In this document: positions 32,875 through 42,690 of the stretch, piece after piece
How the letters are laid out: each line of letters starts with the position of its first letter
How positions within the stretch are numbered: position 1 is the first letter of the stretch
Source: a virus
DNA: 64,000 nucleotides
Direction: 5' to 3' (one strand)
Virus genome (UHGV): UHGV-0117053
Program-made: the position numbers and the translations under genes
The notes under the pieces: generated by a model
The model's database searches: none
Told to the model about the DNA's origin: nothing
Seen by the model: the letters and a program-made list of their open reading frames with translations, nothing else

Positions 32875-33255
32875 CTACTCCGCAGAACCATACAATCTAC
32901 GTAACGTGTCGGCGACAGAAGATACAGATATCTCGCCAGTCGCAGCGCCTACAGTAAGGTCTGCCAGTTCAGGTGAATCAAATACCTGCACCCCGTTACG
33001 GCGTAGAAATAGCAGCGCACTGTTTAGCGCGGTACGCTTATTGGCATCATTGAATATATGCCCTCTCGCCGTAGCCACCAGGTAGGTGGCGGAGACTTCG
33101 AAAAGGTCGGTGATCTCTTCGTAGGCAACTCTGGCCTGAACTCTCCCGATAATGGCCTCTGCCCTACCCGGATCTGACATTCCCGGCAGGCCGCCGTAGC
33201 GGCTTATATTCGCATCATGAAGCGCAATAAGTTCTTCCGGTGATATATGCCTCAT
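32875..33255 (-). CDS. doc: Doc toxin (Fic-fold kinase)
   Basis: 126 aa beginning [25 protein letters not shown]. Confidence 0.95.
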
Positions 33256-33476
33256 TATCGGTTAACCAGTTCCTTGTTGGTGGAGTCCAGGGTGTCAAAC
33301 AGGGATGCAAATTCAGCATCCAGCGCCGCTTTTTTGTAGGCTTCGAAAGTAGCCTTGCTGACAATTACTGCTGGCTCACGGCCTCTGCGGGTGATTTCAA
33401 CCTCTTCCCCGGCTTCAACATTGTTGAGCACTTCAGAAAGGTTGCCACGCGCGGTACGGAAGTTAATGGATTGCAT
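33255..33476 (-). CDS. phd: Phd antitoxin
   Basis: 73 aa beginning [32 protein letters not shown]; stop overlaps the doc start. Confidence 0.95.
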
Positions 33477-33548
33477 AAACACCTCGTGTACTCGTTATGT
33501 GTACACAATTATAAACTTCACAGGCATAAAGCACCAGCACTTTGCAGC

Positions 33549-33938
33549 TTAAATAACCGGACAATCATCAAATTCCCCACTTCGGGCATCATTGATGACA
33601 TGAGTGATCACACCAAAAACAGCATTACTGCCCGTGTATCCATCGTCATCTACTGGTAACGCCTCTTTCTTCCCGGTGCTTAAGTCCTCCAGGTGCTGGC
33701 GCGGATACTTCCTGTATCTCTTTATGCGATATTCACCCTCCATAGCGCACACAAGCAGAGAACCATCAACCGGAGTAAGCGAGGAATCAACCACCAGCAA
33801 AGCACCCTGCAATATTCCCTCACGGTGATGGCTATCAGCTGCCCGCATGAAGTAGGTCGCTGAAGGATGTCTAATTATCTGCTGATCAAGAGAAATTCGG
33901 CTTTCAACATAATCCGCCGCAGGAGAAGGGAAGCCCAT
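33549..33938 (-). CDS. humD: HumD (UmuD-like LexA-family S24 peptidase)
   Basis: 129 aa with UmuD-like domain; LexA box immediately upstream. Confidence 0.9.
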   Translation of the reverse strand: MGFPSPAADYVESRISLDQQIIRHPSATYFMRAADSHHREGILQGALLVVDSSLTPVDGSLLVCAMEGEYRIKRYRKYPRQHLEDLSTGKKEALPVDDDGYTGSNAVFGVITHVINDARSGEFDDCPVI

Positions 33939-33956
33939 AGCGTTTTACCTCAATGA

Positions 33957-33976
33957 TACTGTTTATTCATACAGTA
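33957..33976. promoter_or_regulatory. LexA (SOS) box TACTGTTTATTCATACAGTA
   Basis: CTGT-N8-ACAG palindrome 19 nt upstream of the humD start. Confidence 0.8.
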
Positions 33977-34061
33977 TACATTAAAAAGGCATAGTTTGTG
34001 AAAGCGGGGTTTGTAGGCGCGCCACGCTGGGGGCTAATCACATTTCTCCCCCATCTTGCCG

Positions 34062-34334
34062 TTATTTTTTTGGTGCATCCTCGTTCTGATACACCGGATC
34101 GCTCCCTTTTGGCAACTGGAGGCTTAACTGCCGATAGTGCCGTAACCGTTCCATGAAATAGGTGCGCAGATTCTCTGGTTGCTCGCGGGCTACCTGTTCA
34201 GCTATGACAGGTATGTTCAATCGCTCTTTGTACGCCACACCGCTGGCAGCCAGATCAACGTTAACCTTATCCCGTTCTTCCTGACTTTTAGCTGCAATAT
34301 TCCAATCGTGCATATCAAATCCCATCCAGAACAA
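34062..34334 (-). CDS. hot: Hot, homolog of DNA polymerase III theta subunit
   Basis: [43 protein letters not shown] aligns with E. coli HolE. Confidence 0.85.
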   Translation of the reverse strand: MFWMGFDMHDWNIAAKSQEERDKVNVDLAASGVAYKERLNIPVIAEQVAREQPENLRTYFMERLRHYRQLSLQLPKGSDPVYQNEDAPKK

Positions 34335-34762
34335 TTGCGTAACGACTATTATTTAACCAGCAAAGTAACTTTTAATTTTTTTTCTTTTCCCATTGATTTT
34401 TGTGCACAGCTTATCTGCCTTGCCGTGCGCAGAATCAACTTTTTTCTTCCTGATTTATCCACAAAGTTATGCACTTGCAAGAGGGCCATTTTCTAAATAT
34501 TGTGATGTTTCACAAATGAAATGAATTTTGATTAATGAAGATAAGGAGAAAATTTGAGATGCAATCATGACGTTAATAGATAGGGTCTGCATTACAGACC
34601 CCATCCGCATCAAGGAATTAGCCGTTCCCTGATGTTGTTCCGAAAACATGTGCCGTAAGCTCACGTTAACGACTTTCTTTCACCGAATCCAACTATATAG
34701 GGGTTGGGTTTCTACGTCAACGTGAGCAAGTGCTCCTTTACATTTGACAAGGAACCACCTTA

Positions 34763-34900
34763 ATGACTGCTTTTTTTCAGTTCCTGAGTGCATTTTTAGA
34801 TGCGCCTGTTATTAGCCAGATTCTGGCGATCATCCTCATCATCGTTTTGATTTTGCTTTTAAGGTCAGTAAAAAATGGAATTATGCACTGGCTTACTTAA
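34763..34900 (+). CDS. Candidate 45-aa hydrophobic small protein (MTAFFQFLSAFLDAPVISQILAIILIIVLILLLRSVKNGIMHWLT)
   Basis: ORF below the track cutoff with GGAACCACC upstream; one strongly hydrophobic helix; lies in a 640-bp ORF-free, hairpin-rich interval. Confidence 0.35.
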   Translation: MTAFFQFLSAFLDAPVISQILAIILIIVLILLLRSVKNGIMHWLT

Positions 34901-34974
34901 TGTTCAGTGAAACATTAAAATCTCCTTGATGTGGAAACAATCATTTTCTGTATGTGCTGGTGGGTACCTGTAGT

Positions 34975-35337
34975 TCAGCTTTCGTTGGCATTTAACTTCG
35001 TCTTTGCTTTCTCCACCAGCAACTTCCAGATGCCTATTTCATTAGCAGCCGCCTTGATGGCGGCATAAAAAGCATCTTGCTGATCGTAACGCTGAATCTG
35101 TTTTTTCAGTTTTGCCTCCACCAATTTAATTTCATTACGTGCTTTCTGAAGCCGCAGCGCCGCCCGGTTACGTCTGTTCTTGTATAGCGCGTTAATCTCT
35201 GATAATTGCTTTAATTTACCAGCCTGACTGCGGATTATCGCCTCTCTGACTTCTGCCGTGCGTCTCATCTGATCTCTTAAGAGTTCACCGTTTTCGATAA
35301 TTCTTTCAAGGTGTTTGATGTGATCTGCAACTCTCAT
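34975..35337 (-). CDS. Coiled-coil hypothetical protein
   Basis: 120 aa, stop overlaps the upstream gene start region. Confidence 0.55.
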   Translation of the reverse strand: MRVADHIKHLERIIENGELLRDQMRRTAEVREAIIRSQAGKLKQLSEINALYKNRRNRAALRLQKARNEIKLVEAKLKKQIQRYDQQDAFYAAIKAAANEIGIWKLLVEKAKTKLNANES

Positions 35338-36371
35338 ACTTCACCCTCGCTTGTATCGCCAGCATCCACCAGCGGCAATAAAGCCCTGGCCATCTTATGA
35401 ACCAATAGTGCATCAATAATGCCAAGCGTATGCCCCGGCTTAATGTTTAATGCCGCCTCAAGGTGACACCTTTCCAGGCCACTTTTCTCGGCTTGTTTAT
35501 GATGATCTGGTGTAATAACGTCGCCCAAAACACGGCTAATTCTTTCTCGTAATTGCTGGGTGCCAGCACACTTGATCGCTGTATCGTGGAGACGGTTAAC
35601 CAGTTCGCGATAAACATGCGGCTTAATTCGGATACGTTCACCGGTGACGCCCTTTCCTGGTGCTGGCACCGAACTATCCGGAGTTACCGGAGAGTTGCCA
35701 GCCAGTCTACGCAAAACAGCCTTAACAGCCTCAATACGGTCATCATCGCAATTTTCCAGCGTATCTATGCGGTCGAGCATGATGATGGCGTTATCAATAT
35801 CAGGATTGCCAGTCCACTCATTACCGCGATTGGATTCGGCAGCCTGGTTGCCAGATGCTGGCTGATTGTCGGCTTGGCTATAGCTAACAGCACGGCAGGC
35901 ATCCTCTACGTTCTTCACTGCATCTGCGCAGTAGTTATAGCGATTGCATTCCACTAACTTCTGCTTGAGATTTTCAATTGCTTGCGCGACATCAGCCTGT
36001 ATTGGCGGAACGGCTGTTTGCTCTCGAACGTCATTAGTCGCTATCGGTTCTGCTGCCAACTGACTGGCATATTTGTTAATGGTAACGATAAGCTCTTGCT
36101 CGGCCTCATCCAGACAATCACCGATACCTCGCCTGTCACCGTCAAAATCATCGAAATCGGCACGAATCCTGGCAACCTCCCGGATTGCGGACAACACTTC
36201 ACCAGGAATAAGCGGAGAGTTGCCCGATAGTACATTCTGCTCCAGCGATGCCAGAGCAATTCGTGCCAGTTCTTCCGCTTCTTCTGCTGGCAGTACAACG
36301 TTGCTACCAGGTCCGTATGTTTCGCGCCACTGCTTGATTGTCAGTAGTCGCTCTTTGGTAATAGTGATCAT
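35334..36371 (-). CDS. Hypothetical protein (345 aa)
   Basis: Long ORF in an operon of overlapping genes. Confidence 0.6.
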   Translation of the reverse strand: MITITKERLLTIKQWRETYGPGSNVVLPAEEAEELARIALASLEQNVLSGNSPLIPGEVLSAIREVARIRADFDDFDGDRRGIGDCLDEAEQELIVTINKYASQLAAEPIATNDVREQTAVPPIQADVAQAIENLKQKLVECNRYNYCADAVKNVEDACRAVSYSQADNQPASGNQAAESNRGNEWTGNPDIDNAIIMLDRIDTLENCDDDRIEAVKAVLRRLAGNSPVTPDSSVPAPGKGVTGERIRIKPHVYRELVNRLHDTAIKCAGTQQLRERISRVLGDVITPDHHKQAEKSGLERCHLEAALNIKPGHTLGIIDALLVHKMARALLPLVDAGDTSEGEV

Positions 36372-36883
36372 GCCGCGTTTCCTTCTTTCTTATTAACAAT
36401 TACACCGTCATATATTTCATTAAGGTGCCCTCTTAACTCCATGCGCCTTAATGCAGATAACATGTAATCGCATTCAACCTGCTTATTTCCAGTAAATGGC
36501 TTATCGTCAGGATTACCCCAACAGCAATTACCCTTGGGCCACCCATGTACTTTCCGTACTCTTCCGTTAACAACGTGAAGTAATCCCCAGCCAGGTGGTA
36601 AATCCTCAATTGAAATAATTCCCGGCTCACTAATAAAGAATCGCCAGTCGCCCATTCCAAGAGACGGATTTTTACGAAAACGCTTTTTTCTATCTGCCAA
36701 CAAGTCAGCACGAGAACATTTCGCCTCTATCAGGCATGATGCTGAATTTCTGAATCCCATAGCATCTGGCTGTTCTCCGGTACTGGTTACAGCTATAAAG
36801 CGGTCATGAAAACAAACCTTGAACCCGTTGCGCTTAAGGAACTTGTACGCAATCTGACAGAGTTCGCGGTGTGTTAACGCCAT
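36368..36883 (-). CDS. Putative PD-(D/E)XK-type nuclease
   Basis: About 171 aa from MALTHREL; D...GEQPD...IEAK motif spacing; ATG 2 nt after the stop of the upstream small ORF. Confidence 0.5.
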   Translation of the reverse strand: MALTHRELCQIAYKFLKRNGFKVCFHDRFIAVTSTGEQPDAMGFRNSASCLIEAKCSRADLLADRKKRFRKNPSLGMGDWRFFISEPGIISIEDLPPGWGLLHVVNGRVRKVHGWPKGNCCWGNPDDKPFTGNKQVECDYMLSALRRMELRGHLNEIYDGVIVNKKEGNAA

Positions 36884-36884
36884 A

Positions 36885-37073
36885 TCACTCTCCTTTAGTG
36901 CGCAAGTGGTTTTTCCAGCGGTTTTGCGCCGCGCTGGGCTTTTTGCAAAAACCACAATCCATCATCCCGTAATATTTCATCAACCCCATCCGTCGGTTGC
37001 TGAGTCTCACCCACTGCCAGACGCCAGGAGCGTTTCTACGAACTAACAGAATCTTTGCTTTACGGTTTTTCAT
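36885..37073 (-). CDS. Small basic protein, MKNRKAK paralog 1
   Basis: 62 aa; start ATG overlaps the stop of paralog 2 (ATGA). Confidence 0.4.
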   Translation of the reverse strand: MKNRKAKILLVRRNAPGVWQWVRLSNRRMGLMKYYGMMDCGFCKKPSAAQNRWKNHLRTKGE

Positions 37074-37246
37074 CTTACAGCGTACCCTTTCTTCCGCCTG
37101 TTCTGTGACGCAGTAGGCTTACGCTTTGCGGCAAAAGCCACCTGACCAAATGGATGGAGTACCGCTATCTTATGGTTGCTAATAACCAGCTCCACCACAC
37201 GCACAGGTCGCTGTAAAAAAAGTCGTTTTGCCTTACGGTTTTTCAT
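37071..37246 (-). CDS. Small basic protein, MKNRKAK paralog 2
   Basis: About 58 aa, GGAGAG RBS, same N-terminal heptapeptide as paralog 1. Confidence 0.4.
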
Positions 37247-37418
37247 AGCTTTGCTCTCCTGCGTCTCTTTGCTGCTCGTCGTGCCGCTGCAATACCGGTA
37301 TGGCGGCGCTTTGGTGCCGGGATGATGTTGTCAGCCATCAGGACATGTGGCTTTGCAATTAGCGCAGAAGCCCAAAAACGAGTCGGGTACGGTAACAAGC
37401 CGATACATGCCACACGCA

Positions 37419-38108
37419 CTACTCACCTCCGTTGATGCGAATGCCAGCGGCACGGGAATCATTCCATCGCTTTACTTCTTCACGAATTACGTCAATGCAT
37501 TCTTTCGAATCCATTAGGTAATCTTCATCAAAAAGCCTTTCCTGTTCGTTTTCTATCGCAACAATGATTGCTTCAACTAACTTTTGTGCCTGAGAACCAC
37601 TTTCTAACTCTGCAATGCGCTTCTCTGCGGCTTCCAGCTTCTCGCGCATATCGTCAACGTACTCGACCAGAGATCCGCCAGCAGGAATTTCGCACTCCTC
37701 GACCAGTTGGAAGTAGATATCAGCTGCGGCCCGTGTGTTGCTATGCCTAGCGTCGCCCATCTCACCTTCACGAAGAGCATCGCGTTCGGCGGTAAGATTG
37801 GCTATTTTGCTGTCTTTGCCTTCCAGCTCAACGCGAAGCCTCCCTACCGTTAGCGCAATTTCCTCGTTCTCCTGGTCACGGCGTTTGATGTATTGCTGGT
37901 TTCTTTCCAGTTCATCCAGCAGTGCCAGCACGGTTTCTGGTCCGGCCAGAAATTTGAAGGCGTTGAGCGCATCAATATCCACACCGTAATCTTTAAGTTC
38001 CTGTTCGCTTATCAGATCATCATCAACTGGCAACATTAACAGGCGTTCCATTGCCGGAATTGCACGTTCTGCCGCCTCACGCAGTGCCTGATAGTTAATT
38101 TTGGTCAT
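37419..38108 (-). CDS. Hypothetical protein, member of a local paralog family (N-terminal INYQALREAAE)
   Basis: 229 aa; N-terminus similar to the 39403-40113 protein. Confidence 0.6.
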   Translation of the reverse strand: MTKINYQALREAAERAIPAMERLLMLPVDDDLISEQELKDYGVDIDALNAFKFLAGPETVLALLDELERNQQYIKRRDQENEEIALTVGRLRVELEGKDSKIANLTAERDALREGEMGDARHSNTRAAADIYFQLVEECEIPAGGSLVEYVDDMREKLEAAEKRIAELESGSQAQKLVEAIIVAIENEQERLFDEDYLMDSKECIDVIREEVKRWNDSRAAGIRINGGE

Positions 38109-38109
38109 A

Positions 38110-38409
38110 TCACATCACCCTGAAGCCGTTGCATTTACGTAAAAAATCGCAGATATAGCCCTTCATTTTTTCGTGCCAATCTCGATCATTCCCATTGCAC
38201 CAACCATCAGGTGGAGTCCAGTTTTCTATCAGAGCAGCCATTTTCTTTGCTTTCGCCGGAGTAGCTGTTGCGGTATCGCAGTAATGACGAGTGTCAACCA
38301 ACGTATCCATACCATCGATATCAAGTACGCAAAACCATGTGTGATTCGGCATTTCAACAGATGGTATTTGTTGCCCACGTCGACGTTTATCAATAAGACA
38401 TACAGTCAC
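38110..38409 (-). CDS. Hypothetical Cys/Trp-rich protein
   Basis: 99 aa, GTG start overlapping the upstream stop, GGAGG RBS embedded in the upstream gene. Confidence 0.5.
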   Translation of the reverse strand: MTVCLIDKRRRGQQIPSVEMPNHTWFCVLDIDGMDTLVDTRHYCDTATATPAKAKKMAALIENWTPPDGWCNGNDRDWHEKMKGYICDFLRKCNGFRVM

Positions 38410-39119
38410 TGGTTGCCTCCTTTGCGAAGCTGGGCAGCAAAGTCAACTAACCACTCAGTCATTTCAACCTTCCCTACCCGGTCTGAACCAGGGTGCATAC
38501 AGCAATCACTCTGCGCCGCTTTGAAATCCTTATACTCATATTCTTGGGCCACCAGATTTTTTGCAGCTTCTATAGCAGCATCCACCCCCTGCGCCCGAAC
38601 TTCAGCCAGGAAAGCGTCGGTGGCTGGAATTTGCGGCATCCCTCCGTCTGTTGCGCAGATATACGCATCAGATATTTCATCCTGCTGGCCATCAAACACG
38701 TAGCAACAGCCCCTGATAAACAGCTTCATTGAGGCATTCTCCACTGCCAGCGCCGTGCGATTACCATCCAGCTCTGCAATGCGCTGTTTTGCGGCATCCA
38801 GTTCAATCGACAATTTTTCCAACTGCTCTTGATGCTTCTTGTATTCCTGATATGCGTGCCAAGACTGACCTTTGCGCACACTATCAGTGATATCAGTAAT
38901 CTGTTCTGGTGTTAGCGTGGTCAGTGGCTGTGATGGGAAAATAAGCACTTTCCCGGAATCCCAATCAAAACCAGCGTGAATTGACTGAACCTCAACTGAA
39001 GGTGTTGAACCAATGCTGCCAGGCGAATGAACAACGATTGTTACATCCATATCGCGACGATGGCTGTGGTTGTTGGACAAAATACGATTCACCAACTCAG
39101 AAAATTTGGAAAATTTCAT
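38406..39119 (-). CDS. Hypothetical protein, paralog family (C-terminal AAQLRKGGNQ)
   Basis: 237 aa; shares TDAFLAEVRAQGVDAAIE and the C-terminal motif with neighbours. Confidence 0.6.
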   Translation of the reverse strand: MKFSKFSELVNRILSNNHSHRRDMDVTIVVHSPGSIGSTPSVEVQSIHAGFDWDSGKVLIFPSQPLTTLTPEQITDITDSVRKGQSWHAYQEYKKHQEQLEKLSIELDAAKQRIAELDGNRTALAVENASMKLFIRGCCYVFDGQQDEISDAYICATDGGMPQIPATDAFLAEVRAQGVDAAIEAAKNLVAQEYEYKDFKAAQSDCCMHPGSDRVGKVEMTEWLVDFAAQLRKGGNQ

Positions 39120-39402
39120 GCTGATTCCCCTTTCTCTGCTCTCTCCTGTCGGAACATCACTATCATCAGGTCGCCTTTTGTCGCTATCCTGGCTGTTGTA
39201 CCTGGTTCAATGCGGCTAAGCTCAAATGCGTCATAGAACGCTTCTAATGCCTTCTGGCGTAGTTCCTGTTTGCGCCGTTTTTTCCACTGTTTTAGGAAAA
39301 TGGAACCCAGCCATCGCCATGTACGGGACATGATGTAAAGCCAACCGAGAAGTGCCAGACCGGTATTTAGGAGCGTATCGATCGTTATTGTCGTGTCGAT
39401 AT

Positions 39403-40113
39403 TCACTGGCTGCTTCCTTTGCGAATCTGTTCCGCCCATTCTTCAAGGGATTTCTCCGCATATTCACCAGACAGGCCATCAATCGGATGCGCTTCATTAG
39501 CCAACTCTTCTTTCGCTGACAAAATCATGCGTGTAACGTCGAAAACTTCACGCAAAGACTTATTGATAAATCCGTGATTGAACGCAGCAGCAAGACGGCT
39601 GGCGGTATAGTTAATCCCCTCGTTGCGTGCTTCCGCACGAATTTCAGCCAGAAAAGCATCGGTAGCTGGAGTTTCGCTGTGGTATAGGGCATCGTTGATA
39701 ATCATTGCAGCAACACCAGCCTGCCCTGCATCCGTGACCGACACATGCTCAAGAGTTACGGCCATTGCGTGTTTCAGCCCGGCGTTCTCTGCCACCAGCG
39801 CCGCGAGATTAGTCTCAAACTCCGCAATACGGCATGTGGCATCAATATTTGTGTCCTCCAGGTGCTTAATTTTATCCAGTAGCGCCAGCGCAACTTTTGG
39901 TGGGATAGCCGCGATATAACGGGCATTGGCACCAGCATTCCTTTGTCCATCAATGCCAGGCCAGTCAATAAAGTATCCGCAATGCCTACCCTCAGACGTG
40001 CGCGCAGGATAAATGCCGTTATGACCCGGCAAAATATATGCTACCCATTCATCTTGCGTTGCCTGTTCCGCTGCTTCGCGCAGTTCTTGATAGTCAATTG
40101 TCATTCTCGCCAT
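39403..40113 (-). CDS. Hypothetical protein, paralog family (C-terminal AEQIRKGSSQ)
   Basis: 236 aa. Confidence 0.6.
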   Translation of the reverse strand: MARMTIDYQELREAAEQATQDEWVAYILPGHNGIYPARTSEGRHCGYFIDWPGIDGQRNAGANARYIAAIPPKVALALLDKIKHLEDTNIDATCRIAEFETNLAALVAENAGLKHAMAVTLEHVSVTDAGQAGVAAMIINDALYHSETPATDAFLAEIRAEARNEGINYTASRLAAAFNHGFINKSLREVFDVTRMILSAKEELANEAHPIDGLSGEYAEKSLEEWAEQIRKGSSQ

Positions 40114-40727
40114 CCTTCACAGTTGTAATCACTACAGCCTTCAAAATCATATGGGCTGTACTGCCAGGTGATTTTTCCGCAATGCGGACAATTCCAGCGC
40201 ACCTTCCCGCTTCGTGACTTCTTTCTTCTGTTTTGCTTTTTCAACCAGTCAGGCATGATCAAACCTGCGCCCTGAACCATTGTTCTGCGGTTAAAATTAT
40301 TGATATTGAACGTCCGCCGCTTTGCTGCATCGGCAATGGAAAATGGCAACCAAACTATTCCTGGTTCGTTTTTGTTGGCGACGCTAAAGATGGTTGCTTT
40401 ACTGAAGTCATCGGTTGGCAATCCACCGTGTTGAAGCCAGTAAACATCGTTGCCGTTCCAGCTACCTTTTTTGTAGGCCACATACGCAGTGCAATCTGAC
40501 TCAATCAGGCTTTCTGTAGGGATGTACTGGCAATCAACGTGCCACACAGCCATTGCATCCACACTATCGGCACAAACAGGCTGATCGATATCTCGCCCAC
40601 AATTCCAGGCTTTTTGGGCTTCTTCCAGCGTGTAAACATGAGCGCGATCGATATCAGAGCTATAACCATTGCCGTTATGGCAATGGAATGAGGCGTTATT
40701 ACCCACAGTTTCACGCAAGCACATCAT
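40101..40727 (-). CDS. Hypothetical Cys-rich protein
   Basis: About 208 aa from MMCLRETV; AAGGAGG RBS lies in the last codons of the upstream gene. Confidence 0.55.
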   Translation of the reverse strand: MMCLRETVGNNASFHCHNGNGYSSDIDRAHVYTLEEAQKAWNCGRDIDQPVCADSVDAMAVWHVDCQYIPTESLIESDCTAYVAYKKGSWNGNDVYWLQHGGLPTDDFSKATIFSVANKNEPGIVWLPFSIADAAKRRTFNINNFNRRTMVQGAGLIMPDWLKKQNRRKKSRSGKVRWNCPHCGKITWQYSPYDFEGCSDYNCEGWRE

Positions 40728-40741
40728 GTAAAAACGGTTAC

Positions 40742-40981
40742 TCACTGGTTGCCTCCTTGGCGGAGTTGCGCTGCGATGCATGAAAAAAAAGACTCCCGAG
40801 TGTGACAGTTAAGAGCTGGTGCGAACGCCGCGTTAAGAACGGCGGCATCACAGCCGTCATCAATATAGAGCGCAATTTTTTTCTCCAGGCGCGCTTTGGC
40901 TTCCTGCAACTGCATACCCCGGCACGCACGCGGGATATAATCAGCAATTTGAGCGATAGCTTTTTCGTTCTGTTTAAACAT
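40742..40981 (-). CDS. Small protein, paralog family C-terminus (AAQLRQGGNQ)
   Basis: 79 aa. Confidence 0.5.
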   Translation of the reverse strand: MFKQNEKAIAQIADYIPRACRGMQLQEAKARLEKKIALYIDDGCDAAVLNAAFAPALNCHTRESFFSCIAAQLRQGGNQ

Positions 40982-41177
40982 GCTTCACCTCGATAGGCTT
41001 GATGGTGTCTAACAGCAGTCGGCGGCGCGTATTTTCTGCAAAATGGCGGCGTCCAGTTTCTTTGTGGTAAAACTCGTTTTTGCCGACGACCCACATCCGC
41101 TCTGTTTGGTGCAGTTTTTTTACCTTCGGGCCATCTTTGGTGATCACGGTACCGGTATGGGTTTTTACGATTGTCAT
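40974..41177 (-). CDS. Small hypothetical protein
   Basis: 67 aa, overlaps the downstream start. Confidence 0.45.
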   Translation of the reverse strand: MTIVKTHTGTVITKDGPKVKKLHQTERMWVVGKNEFYHKETGRRHFAENTRRRLLLDTIKPIEVKHV

Positions 41178-41260
41178 GCCACTACCTATTCGAACAGATG
41201 AACGAGACAGGCCGATGCTCGTCCACCTGAAAAACTGACGATTTGATGCATACTCACGGT

Positions 41261-41989
41261 TTATTCCTGAATGCGCTTAAACTCGATTACCCACACCCAG
41301 GGATTAGCGTTCCAGCTTTCTTCACCATAGATGGATTCCCACAGGCGCTGGAACGCAACCTTGGCCATTGCGAAATCCCCCTTGGGAGTAAGGAATGTTC
41401 CCGGGTGATCAGGAAGCAAACTTCCAGCAGGCGGAACGCCCTCATCCCTTGCATCGCATTCGCTGATATCGTTCAACCGCTCAACGCGCACGTTGGTAAT
41501 TTCCAACAGGATGCGTGATGCCCATCGCGGCATGTGAATTGATGGACGCCACCCACCATCAAACTTTTCATTCACAGTGTGAGGTTTCCAGTCGGCATCA
41601 TCGGGTATCGACCATAAACCGTAATCACCAGGCTTTTGCTCACAACTGGCCCGATAAATCCTTGCTGCGTTCTTCTCATCGCCACGACAAAGGTTGTCGT
41701 TCCAGTCCACACTGCAACCATCTTCATTGCCTAATATCGCCCATGTTTCACGAACCCAAATTCGATCGCCGACGATACCAAAGGGGCAATTGAAAACACT
41801 GCTTACACCATCAGCCCCGTACCACTGAAAACCTGCACCAATTTCCCTAACCATCACTGGTGCTTCTGGACCAACTTCCGCAGGCTGATTTTTCATTATC
41901 CGCCGCGTCTGCGTTTTCCTTCCTTCGAGGATGGCTCGGACCATCTCATCGTTGAAAATCATGCCGCGCTCTTTCACTTCGCCTTTCAT
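41261..41989 (-). CDS. ASCH-like domain protein
   Basis: 242 aa; N-terminal IFNDEMVRAILEGRKTQTRR typical of ASCH-type phage proteins; AAGGGGGA RBS. Confidence 0.6.
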   Translation of the reverse strand: MKGEVKERGMIFNDEMVRAILEGRKTQTRRIMKNQPAEVGPEAPVMVREIGAGFQWYGADGVSSVFNCPFGIVGDRIWVRETWAILGNEDGCSVDWNDNLCRGDEKNAARIYRASCEQKPGDYGLWSIPDDADWKPHTVNEKFDGGWRPSIHMPRWASRILLEITNVRVERLNDISECDARDEGVPPAGSLLPDHPGTFLTPKGDFAMAKVAFQRLWESIYGEESWNANPWVWVIEFKRIQE

Positions 41990-41998
41990 GCATCCCCC

Positions 41999-42085
41999 TT
42001 ACCCATGCGCGACGATGCCGCCAAAAGTGATAGAGAACAGCCAGAAATAGATCGCGGCCATAATGATTTTGAATGCCGTGTTCAT
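41999..42085 (-). CDS. Candidate 28-aa hydrophobic leader peptide (MNTAFKIIMAAIYFWLFSITFGGIVAHG)
   Basis: Preceded by CCAATCAATCA-CAGGAG leader; stop lies in the RBS of the ASCH-like gene. Confidence 0.35.
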   Translation of the reverse strand: MNTAFKIIMAAIYFWLFSITFGGIVAHG

Positions 42086-42167
42086 ATTTTCAGCTCCTGT
42101 GATTGATTGGATACATGCCGCGCCTTACGGCATGTTTTTATTTTCACTTTCTCTGTTTTAAAAATCA

Positions 42168-42184
42168 AGATTTATTAGAGCAAT
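42168..42184 (-). promoter_or_regulatory. C1 operator
   Basis: AGATTTATTAGAGCAAT, 1 mismatch. Confidence 0.7.
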
Positions 42185-42690
42185 TATTGTTGATGGAGAA
42201 GCGCGTTTTCATACTCCCTGACCATTAACGTAAGTACGCCGTGACTCCTGAAAACACGCGCCACTTCAATCTTATCTTCCAGCGCGAACGCAATTTTACT
42301 TAGACCAATTTTCTTCAGGAGATCAATCTTTGCTGGACCGTCATTTCTGTCATCGGTGGCAGGACGCATAGATAGCAAAGGCTCCGCCCCATTTGTTACG
42401 TGCTTACGCAACCAGGCTCGTGTTTTATCCCTGGCTATCTCACAGCGCCCGGTTACAAACCAGAGGGTGTAAATGCCGGACAACTGGCGCACCATATCAA
42501 TAACTGGAGTGATGGGAGCATCAGTGTCACAGGCAAGGTTAAACTCGTTCCAGTGCTCTGTTAATGCACCTTTGCCAGGTGGTGGAAGTAAATGCAGCCT
42601 GTCTTCCGTTGCCTCTGATATCGTCCCATCAATATCTACTATGACGATGTACGGACGTTCCTGGTGTGCGTGTTTATTGAAAATACTCAA
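42184..42690 (-). CDS. HAD-superfamily phosphatase-like protein
   Basis: 168 aa; VIVDIDGTI (DxDGT) motif near the N-terminus. Confidence 0.6.
   Translation of the reverse strand: MSIFNKHAHQERPYIVIVDIDGTISEATEDRLHLLPPPGKGALTEHWNEFNLACDTDAPITPVIDMVRQLSGIYTLWFVTGRCEIARDKTRAWLRKHVTNGAEPLLSMRPATDDRNDGPAKIDLLKKIGLSKIAFALEDKIEVARVFRSHGVLTLMVREYENALLHQQ

Noticed and set aside
39116-39439. 107-aa ORF overlapping the 3' end of the 39403-40113 gene
   Set aside because: Start is uncertain and overlaps the upstream gene by 37 nt; a hydrophobic segment makes it possible but unsupported.
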